From: Leidyana gryllorum EB-2025a
Lineage: Eukaryota > Protista > Apicomplexa
Length of the DNA stretch: 7,237 bases
NCBI GenBank assembly: GCA_048772705.1
Contig: JBLWGC010000078.1
Coordinates: forward strand, 1-7,237
Direction: 5' to 3'
In this document: positions 1-6,317 of the stretch, in pieces
How the letters are laid out: every line of letters begins with the position of its first letter
Numbering within the stretch: the stretch's first letter is position 1
Program-made: the position numbers and the translations under genes
The notes under the pieces: generated by a model
The model's database searches: none
Seen by the model: only the letters and a program-made list of their open reading frames with translations
What the model was told of the DNA's origin: nothing

Positions 1-254
1 TGTCTCCGGAGTGCCGGCCGGCACCGGCACGGAGACACGGGGGAACGCAAACACACACGGAAACTGAAACTGGAGGAAGGAACAGTTAGACCCTTTTTAC
101 GTGACTGCTTGTTCTAACAACATGCCCCCGAAACGTACTAAGAGATCCATAACGACAGTAGACGAACCCCCGACGGAAACGACCGAACCCACTGAACCCG
201 CCAAGCTTCCCGAACCCCGACTTACCGAAGACGTGACCCGCGACCAGGGTTACA
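1..254 (+). repeat. 5' LTR of element A (partial; about 60 bp predicted upstream of the window)
   Basis: Matches 4733-4986 except at 1/4733 (T/C) and 218/4950 (C/A). Ends GGGTTACA and is followed after 1 nt by the PBS. Confidence 0.96.
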
Positions 255-1042
255 CTGGTAGCAGTGCCAACTACTCAAGGACCGAAATCATACAGAACCT
301 TCGCCTGATCAATCAGCTGGTCCCACAATTCGACGGAAACGCGACCCCAAGAGACCATTTAGACCACCTCGAATCAGCCTTTAATACTATAGATCTAGAC
401 ATCAGCGAGTACACCCGGATAGCGTGCGGAACACTCAAGCTATCAGCCGCCAGGTGGCTGAACTCGGCACCAGCGGTGCGCACCTTACCGTGGGAGGACT
501 TCCGGAGGAGTTTCCTGCGCGAGTTCGGAACGACTCAGAAGTCGGACTTGGAAGAACTACTGGAGTTGAGAGCGGAGCCCGGACACCTCGAAGCATACGC
601 CAAACGCGCTCGTGAATTGCGTAGAGGCATTTCCAATCTGGAGCGAGACCAACTCATGTCCATATTCATGAGAGGCCTCCCTGAACAGGATAGAGCGATC
701 CTCATAGCCAACGACCCCCAGACATTCGAGGACGCAGCAGAGATCGTGTCCAGACTAGGACGCAGCAGACGGAACCAACCCACCAACAGCGCAGTCTTCG
801 TCAACCACACCAAGAGGCCGTCACGAGACGAATGCCGCAGGGCAGGACTCTGTTTTGAGTGCCTGGAAAGGGGTCACATAGCGAGCAACTGTCCGAAACG
901 AAGAAGGCTACGTGACACGAGACCGCATAACCCCAGGAAAGTCTTTCTAGTGGGAACCGGTCCTCAAATAGAGCAGAGCACGAAACAACAGAACGAACCA
1001 CGCGATGAACGAGTGCTGACCCGCATGAATACGGATTTTTGA
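122..1042 (+). CDS. gag: Gag polyprotein of element A (capsid-like domain plus CCHC zinc knuckle); ATG lies inside the 5' LTR, with an in-frame GTG at 101
   Basis: CFECLERGHIASNC is a CX2CX4HX4C knuckle. FDG...HLDHLE...LKLSAARWL...WEDFRRSFLREF resembles retrotransposon Gag. Lies upstream of pol and is homologous to the ORF at 6456. Confidence 0.93.
   Translation: MPPKRTKRSITTVDEPPTETTEPTEPAKLPEPRLTEDVTRDQGYTGSSANYSRTEIIQNLRLINQLVPQFDGNATPRDHLDHLESAFNTIDLDISEYTRIACGTLKLSAARWLNSAPAVRTLPWEDFRRSFLREFGTTQKSDLEELLELRAEPGHLEAYAKRARELRRGISNLERDQLMSIFMRGLPEQDRAILIANDPQTFEDAAEIVSRLGRSRRNQPTNSAVFVNHTKRPSRDECRRAGLCFECLERGHIASNCPKRRRLRDTRPHNPRKVFLVGTGPQIEQSTKQQNEPRDERVLTRMNTDF
256..266 (+). promoter_or_regulatory. 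Primer binding site of element A (TGGTAGCAGTG), initiator tRNA-Met type
   Basis: Starts with TGG (pairs with tRNA CCA) 1 nt after the LTR-terminal CA. TGGTAGCAG complements the ...CUGCUACCA end known for many eukaryotic initiator tRNAs. The same 11-mer follows LTR D. Confidence 0.88.
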
Positions 1043-1071
1043 CCGGCACCCGAGAAGACCCAGAGGGCGCC
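1033..1071 (+). promoter_or_regulatory. Putative -1 programmed ribosomal frameshift signal (G GAT TTT heptamer plus downstream stem)
   Basis: Pol is in the -1 frame relative to gag. The pol frame is closed by TGA at 1006-1008, so the overlap is only 1009-1039. The heptamer 1033-1039 is correctly phased just before the gag stop. Stem GGCACCC(1045-1051)/GGGCGCC(1065-1071), 6 of 7 pairs, follows a 5-nt spacer. Confidence 0.75.
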
Positions 1072-2793
1072 AAGAACGAGGGCACAGCACCCGGTGAAAC
1101 ACCCACCACGAGGTGGCGATTGATACATTTTACGACCAGACCGGCCAACCCAGCCACAGTGAGGTGGACCGCTGAAGGAAGCCAACATAACCCGTCGGCT
1201 ATTACTCTCATAGACAGCGGAGCGGAACACTCCATAATCGACGAGGCGTTCGCGCAGCGATTAGGCCTTACACCGGACACCACCCAAGCCACAACACTCA
1301 CCGGCATAGGAGAACAGCTCTCGCCGGGACGTACACACGTTACACTGATCACCACACGGGGACAACGAAGAACAATTGAAGTACTAATAGCCAACATAAC
1401 ACCTTACGACATCATTGTCGGGATACACGACTTCCACAAATTCGGCATCCGAATCGGAACAGATGAGAAAGGAAACATAGTAGTGACAGAGGCCAGTGCA
1501 TATCCGACCGCAACAGCAATGGCAGTCCACATACCTGAACACAGCATAGTCCAAACCGTCATCAGAATTCCCTCAACCGAAACATGGCTCCTCGACAAAT
1601 ACAAGCAACTTTTCGATGCACCCACTGGACTACCCCCAAGCAGAGGATTCCATGACTTCGATATCGAAGTCAGCGAAGGACCCGCATACTCGGCCAATCC
1701 CTACCAACTGAGACCCGAACAACAAGCAGAAATGCGAAAGCAGGTCGAAACGCTCATAAGCCTCGGACAAGTACGAAGATCGAAATCCGAATGGGGTTCA
1801 CCCTGCTTTCTCGTGCCGAAGAAAGACACCCCAGTCCCGCGGTTGGTCGTCAACTATAAGAGGCTAAACGACAGGACCACCCCATATCCATATCCGATAC
1901 CGCGCAACGACGAGCTAGCGAGACAATTGAGAGGCTCTACGGTATTCAGCAAATTAGATTTACAGAGCGGTTTCCATCAGATTCGTATTCGAGAAGGTTC
2001 AGAAAAGTATACGGCGTTCGTGACGCCCTTCGGCCGCTACGAGTACACCGTCCTTCCATTCGGACTCAAGAACGCCCCAGGAGCGTTCGTGGCATTCATA
2101 GCGGACATACTCCAGGATCACATCGGCAAATGCGTCTTCGCCTACGTAGACGACATACTCGTCTACAGTCGGACACATGAACAGCACAGGAAGGACCTAG
2201 ACAACGTCCTGAAAATACTCGACACCCATGGCCTCAAAGCCCATCCGAAGAAGTCTATGTTCTTCTTAGAGGAAGTCGACTTCATCGGACACAAGCTGAA
2301 TACGACAGGACTCCATCCTGACCCCGAACGAGTGACCGCCTTCCGACAAATGCCTCCACCAACACTGATGAAAGACCTGAGACGCGCTATTGGCGGAATG
2401 ACCTATTACGCAAAATTCATTCCGAACTTCGCCCAACTTACCCACCCTCTCCACGATTGCGTCAACAAACTGAAACCAACACAACGAGTCGAGTGGACCG
2501 ACGACCTACTGAGAAGCTGGCAGGCTCTCACGAAGGCATTCACCCCAAATACTCACCTCGCATTGGTCGACCCCACGATAGGCTTTACGGTCACTACGGA
2601 CGCAAGTGACCACGCCATTGGAGCAACACTAGAGCAGAGACGCGACACGACACGAACGATCGTTGAACACTTCAGCCAAATGCTCACCGCCACACAACGA
2701 GCATGGCCGGTGCACGAAAGGGAACTCTGGGCGGTCCTCACCGCCGCAAAACGATGGAAACATTACCTGATGACAGCACCTTTCACAGTGTAG
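1039..2793 (+). CDS. pol: Pol of element A, 5' part: aspartic protease, reverse transcriptase and most of RNase H; stops at a TAG supplied by the inserted solo LTR
   Basis: Protease LIDSGA (D codon 1213). RT motifs RLVVNYKRLN, FSKLDLQSGFHQI, PFGLKNAP and YVDD (2143-2154). RNase H TDAS and ERELWAV. No initiating ATG near the ORF start, consistent with frameshift expression. Confidence 0.95.
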   Translation: MTGTREDPEGAKNEGTAPGETPTTRWRLIHFTTRPANPATVRWTAEGSQHNPSAITLIDSGAEHSIIDEAFAQRLGLTPDTTQATTLTGIGEQLSPGRTHVTLITTRGQRRTIEVLIANITPYDIIVGIHDFHKFGIRIGTDEKGNIVVTEASAYPTATAMAVHIPEHSIVQTVIRIPSTETWLLDKYKQLFDAPTGLPPSRGFHDFDIEVSEGPAYSANPYQLRPEQQAEMRKQVETLISLGQVRRSKSEWGSPCFLVPKKDTPVPRLVVNYKRLNDRTTPYPYPIPRNDELARQLRGSTVFSKLDLQSGFHQIRIREGSEKYTAFVTPFGRYEYTVLPFGLKNAPGAFVAFIADILQDHIGKCVFAYVDDILVYSRTHEQHRKDLDNVLKILDTHGLKAHPKKSMFFLEEVDFIGHKLNTTGLHPDPERVTAFRQMPPPTLMKDLRRAIGGMTYYAKFIPNFAQLTHPLHDCVNKLKPTQRVEWTDDLLRSWQALTKAFTPNTHLALVDPTIGFTVTTDASDHAIGATLEQRRDTTRTIVEHFSQMLTATQRAWPVHERELWAVLTAAKRWKHYLMTAPFTV

Positions 2794-2982
2794 GCTGGAG
2801 GCCACACCCATAAGTCTGTGTCTCGGTGTCTCCAGTGCCGGCCGGCACCGGGTGAGGAGACACGGAGACACACACACGAGCGGAGTCAGTGAACATTTTT
2901 AGTTACGTGGAACTACGAACAATGCACTTACGAAACCGCTGCCTAACAACAGACCCCGACGTAGATCTAAAGGAAACTTACA
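2789..2982 (+). mobile_element. Solo LTR (family B), 194 bp, inserted in the RNase H coding region of element A
   Basis: Termini TGTAGG...CTTACA, like the other LTRs here. Flanked by the 5-bp duplication CACAG (2784-2788 and 2983-2987). Removing the insert plus one copy restores ...PFT-A-LTDHKPL in frame. Shares motif blocks with LTRs A and D. Confidence 0.92.
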
Positions 2983-2989
2983 CACAGCG

Positions 2990-4705
2990 CTCACCGATCA
3001 CAAACCTCTCACAACACTTGCCAGAACAGACAACCTCTCCCCAAAAGTGGTCAGATGGCTCATCAAACTCTCGCAATTCCCGATCCAGCTCGACTACATC
3101 CCACGCCAGCATAACGTCCTGGCTGACCTTCTTAGCCGCCCAACAGTCGCCGCACCACCAACCGTACTCATGCTACAGGCCACAACACCGAACACCGACT
3201 TCGCCAACAGACTAACCAAGGCGTCACGAGCCGTCACCAATCTCCCGCCAAACTGCACCCGATCCAACGAGTCACTGATCTTCAATGAAGATGGAAAAAT
3301 TTTCGTACCACCAAATCAACAGCTGAGAGATCAGATCCTGAGGGAATGCCACGCATCACACTTAGCAGGCCACATGGGGCCTGACAGGACGATTCACCGA
3401 GTGATCAGCACCTTTTTCTGGCCCGGCCTCGGAGAGGACGCCCGCCGACACTGCAGAGAATGCCCAACCTGCCAAAGAGCCAAAGGGAACAACCACCTAC
3501 CGTTGGGACTGCTGAACCCCATAGACCCCCCAAATCAACCATGGGAGTCTATCAGCATCGACCTCTTATGTATGCCGGAGGACCAGACAACGCAACATAA
3601 TTGTATATTCGTCGCCATTGACCGGTTCACACGCAGACTCGTCCTCGAACCATGCAGGCAATCTGACGGCGCAGCCGAATGCGCAGAGATACTGTTTAAC
3701 AGAGTATGCCGAGAACACGGATTTCCGCAGACCATCGTAGGAGACAGAGACCCACGATGGATGTCCGATCTCTGGACAGAACTGATGCGAAGAAGCGGAA
3801 CCAAGCTCCACACCACCACAGCGGGAAGAGCGCAGGCAAACGGCATGGTAGAGAGAGCGCACAGAACAATACTCCAGATGCTTCGCGCCCTATGCAGTGA
3901 TCTCCACCAACAGTGGGTATACCTGATCCCATGCGTGGAGATAGCGTTCAATACGACCAAGAACGAATCATTAGGGATGAGTCCCTTCGAAGCCGAGCTG
4001 GGCCACAACCCCCGCCTACCCTCTCTTCTGGAACTACGGTCCCTACCGGAACACAGCATCGGCTCTTACGCAAGGCGCATCGACGAGATCAAGGCCAAAC
4101 TCCACAAGGCGTCTCAGAAACAGAAACGAGCCTATGACGCCCGACACACAGAAGCGACTTACGAGGAAGGTACTCTCGTCCTACTCCGCACAAAAGGACT
4201 GCGGGGACTTCCCATGAACAAACTCAGCCGCCCATTCTGTGGCCCCTTCCGTGTCAAACGAGCTCCCCCGACAGACGTCTACGAGTTGGATTTACCGCCC
4301 ACCTGGCGATGCCTCCCCAAGTTTCACGTATCCAGGCTGAAGCGATTCGTCGGCCAAAATCCCACCACGGAAGACCCATTATACATCATGGAGGCCATCC
4401 GAGGAGAGCGCATCCGGACAGGCACAACGAACCCGGAGTGGCTAGTCAAATGGGTGAACTACCCAGACTCAGCAAACACGTGGGAGACTAAGGAGACCAT
4501 CATCGACGCGCAAGCACTGGACCTCGTGAGCGAGTACAGACGAAGGTGGAACGAGAAGAGACCCAATAACCCATACTCGACCAGAGAACTGCGATGTGAA
4601 GACCTGATTCAAGATATCACGACAGATAGCGTTCGTTCCAACAGCGAATCTGAAGTTATAGCCCGGGAGGGGTGTAGCAGGGAATCAAACCCACTCCTAG
4701 ACTGA
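2990..4705 (+). CDS. pol: Pol of element A, 3' part: RNase H C-terminus, integrase (HHCC, DDE, GPF) and chromodomain
   Basis: The frame is open upstream of the tracked 3047 start and encodes LTDHKPL. HHCC: CHASHLAGH...CPTC. DDE: SIDL, GDRDP, NGMVER. GPF motif CGPF. Chromodomain YIMEAI...WLVKWVNYPDSANTWE (about 4382-4550). The stop lies inside the 3' LTR. Confidence 0.95.
   Translation, partial: LTDHKPLTTLARTDNLSPKVVRWLIKLSQFPIQLDYIPRQHNVLADLLSRPTVAAPPTVLMLQATTPNTDFANRLTKASRAVTNLPPNCTRSNESLIFNEDGKIFVPPNQQLRDQILRECHASHLAGHMGPDRTIHRVISTFFWPGLGEDARRHCRECPTCQRAKGNNHLPLGLLNPIDPPNQPWESISIDLLCMPEDQTTQHNCIFVAIDRFTRRLVLEPCRQSDGAAECAEILFNRVCREHGFPQTIVGDRDPRWMSDLWTELMRRSGTKLHTTTAGRAQANGMVERAHRTILQMLRALCSDLHQQWVYLIPCVEIAFNTTKNESLGMSPFEAELGHNPRLPSLLELRSLPEHSIGSYARRIDEIKAKLHKASQKQKRAYDARHTEATYEEGTLVLLRTKGLRGLPMNKLSRPFCGPFRVKRAPPTDVYELDLPPTWRCLPKFHVSRLKRFVGQNPTTEDPLYIMEAIRGERIRTGTTNPEWLVKWVNYPDSANTWETKETIIDAQALDLVSEYRRRWNEKRPNNPYSTRELRCEDLIQDITTDSVRSNSESEVIAREGCSRESNPLLD
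4665..4672 (+). promoter_or_regulatory. Polypurine tract of element A (GGGAGGGG)
   Basis: Purine run directly abutting the TGTAG start of the 3' LTR. It is short for a PPT. Confidence 0.8.
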
Positions 4706-4986
4706 CCCCCGGCACAGGTAAGACCGCGTCTCCGTCTCCGGAGTGCCGGCCGGCACCGGCACGGAGACACGGGGGAACGCAAACACACACGGAAACTGAA
4801 ACTGGAGGAAGGAACAGTTAGACCCTTTTTACGTGACTGCTTGTTCTAACAACATGCCCCCGAAACGTACTAAGAGATCCATAACGACAGTAGACGAACC
4901 CCCGACGGAAACGACCGAACCCACTGAACCCGCCAAGCTTCCCGAACCCAGACTTACCGAAGACGTGACCCGCGACCAGGGTTACA
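4673..4986 (+). repeat. 3' LTR of element A, 314 bp
   Basis: TGTAG...GTTACA termini, preceded by the PPT. 4733-4986 repeats 1-254 and identity ends exactly at the CA. Confidence 0.94.
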
Positions 4987-4987
4987 G

Positions 4988-5357
4988 CCTTTCAGGATCA
5001 CTCGCGACTGCGGCAAGAACACCTACCTGCTAGATCTACCGCCGACATGGGGCATACACCCCAAGTTCCACGCGTCGAGACTCGAACCAATGAACAGCGA
5101 ACAACTGGAAAGGGGAAGCACACCACCAGAGGACACGGAGAATGACACTCTGTACATTATGCAGGAGATAGTCGGATGGAGAGAAGTGGAGAGTGGACTA
5201 CAGTATAAAATCAAATGGGCCGGATATAGCGACCAAACGTGGGAACCAGCAGAAGCAGTGCTCAACGCGGAAGGCGCCGACTTAATTGCCGACTTCGAAG
5301 AGAGATGGAACCGCCGGAACCCCAATAACCCGTTCAGGCCCGGAGGAGGGGGAGGGA
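4988..5357 (+). pseudogene. pol: Element C: 3' end of a different chromovirus pol (GPF module plus chromodomain), separated from its 5' part by insertion of element A
   Basis: Translates PFRITRDCGKNTYLLDLPPTWGIHPKFHASRL...LYIMQEIVG...YKIKWAGYSDQTWEP...RWNRRNPNNP. This is collinear with element A's PFRVK...YELDLPPTWRCLPKFHVSRL...LYIM...RWNEKRPNNP and in frame with tracked ORF 5090-5548. Confidence 0.9.
5342..5357 (+). promoter_or_regulatory. Probable polypurine tract of element C (GGAGGAGGGGGAGGGA)
   Basis: 16-nt purine run right after the chromodomain. It is not directly followed by a TG LTR start; the nearest TGTA is 10 nt downstream at 5368. Confidence 0.6.
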
Positions 5358-6261
5358 CTAGTTTGCCTGTAACCTTTGGTTCGGCGTTTCGGTCGGCTTC
5401 GATGGCTGTTGTGACTGCTGTTTGCTTTTGGATTATGTGGTTTATGTGTGTTTATCGCTGCATTGTACTGTGTTTGCGTGTTTGCGAATGTTTAGCTTTC
5501 AATTCTCTACACGTTGCGGTTGCTGTAGCGTGCGCAAGTAAGGTCTGATGTGGTGTGTATTGTGCTAATAAAAGACTGTGACGATATAGTTGTGTTGCTT
5601 AGTATGTTGACAGGTATCGTGCTTGTTATGTATTGATTTGTGAGACTATATGAGCTGGATATGCATGATTGTATGAGTGTATGGCATGTATTTTGGTAAC
5701 TGTCCTGTGATGTGTAGTATGCTCAGTTTGCTAAAGTGAATATGGAGCAACTTGGAAGGTTATGTGTGAGTGATATTGGTTTAGATGGTTTGTCTGTTAG
5801 GCTGTGAGGGGTCTAGAGTGAGTTAGCGATTGGCTCGTTGATTGAGGGAGTATTTGTAGACGTATAAAAGCTTGTAATGCTAGATATAGGGGAATCAATG
5901 AGATTCAAGTTGAATTGAGAGTGTTGAGAAGAATGTCATGAGTCCAATGCGTATCGTGGACATTATTTATTGGAGTGAATGGGAATTTGTAAGAATATGC
6001 GGATGGAGTCAAGTTATCCATAGGATTTGAGTGTTGATTCGGGCGACATGAATTTGGCTAATGATAGGTAGGTTAATAGGAGTATATTGACAATTGTGAT
6101 GTAGTTCGAGGTGTGGTAAGAGGGTGGTGGTCAGTTGTTTGCTATAAAACATTGAGAGAGTGTATATATGCTAAGAGTTATGAGTATTCGAATTGTTAGT
6201 GTACGAGCGGGATGTTAAGGCTGATATGTACGTTGAGTAATAGTGTGCGTGAAGAAGTATT

Positions 6262-6317
6262 GATGGGGTGTGGGGAGCGCCCTTGTCGCTTCGCTCGGGC
6301 GCTTCCCCGTACCCATT
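6262..6317 (+). other. Long GC-rich inverted repeat / stem-loop
   Basis: Core GGGGAGCGCCC(6272-6282)/GGGCGCTTCCCC(6297-6308) with one bulge, extended by GATGGGGTGT/GTACCCATT with G.U pairs and one bulge. Loop TTGTCGCTTCGCTC. Confidence 0.7.

Larger units (their letters stand above)
1..4986 (+). mobile_element. Element A: Ty3/Gypsy chromovirus-type LTR retrotransposon, near full length, disrupted by a nested solo LTR; 5' LTR cut by the window edge
   Basis: Direct repeats 1-254 and 4733-4986. PBS after the first repeat and PPT before the second. Gag with CCHC knuckle. Pol domain order PR-RT-RH-IN (Gypsy order) with a C-terminal chromodomain. Confidence 0.97.

Noticed and set aside
160-220. GAACCC repeats as telomere-like repeats or a minus-strand G-quadruplex
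   Set aside because: They are irregularly spaced and explained by the Glu-Pro repeats of the Gag leader. One G4 loop would be long.
2791-2793. Programmed stop read-through, or a natural two-gene pol
   Set aside because: The TAG belongs to the inserted LTR terminus and the downstream half is in a different frame.
2788-2987. Insert as a clean GT-AG intron ending in ACTTACACACAG (one mismatch from the trichomonad ACTAACACACAG branch/acceptor motif)
   Set aside because: GT at 2788 or 2790 to AG at 2987 removes 200 or 198 nt, but 199 are needed, so the frame is not restored. TG...CA ends plus the CACAG duplication explain the sequence as a solo LTR.
2889-3215. 108-aa ORF as an independent gene
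   Set aside because: It is a chimera of LTR B's leader with an out-of-frame reading of pol.
535-4059. Minus-strand ORFs (801-1397, 3535-4059 and others; likewise 5023-5325 and 6566-7087) and short alternative-frame ORFs
   Set aside because: These are shadows of gag and pol coding sequence with no recognisable motifs.
5368-5511. 144-bp minus-strand solo LTR (TGTAG...GGTTACA)
   Set aside because: The flanks TTGCC and CGTTG are not a duplication. There is no PBS, PPT, shared palindrome module or in-phase ATG leader, and composition does not change at 5511.
5358-5548. Hydrophobic, Cys-rich tail of ORF 5090-5548 as a transmembrane or env-like domain
   Set aside because: It begins exactly where the DNA becomes G/T-rich, which produces V/C/F/W codons by composition alone. 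Element A has no equivalent, so it is most likely read-through.
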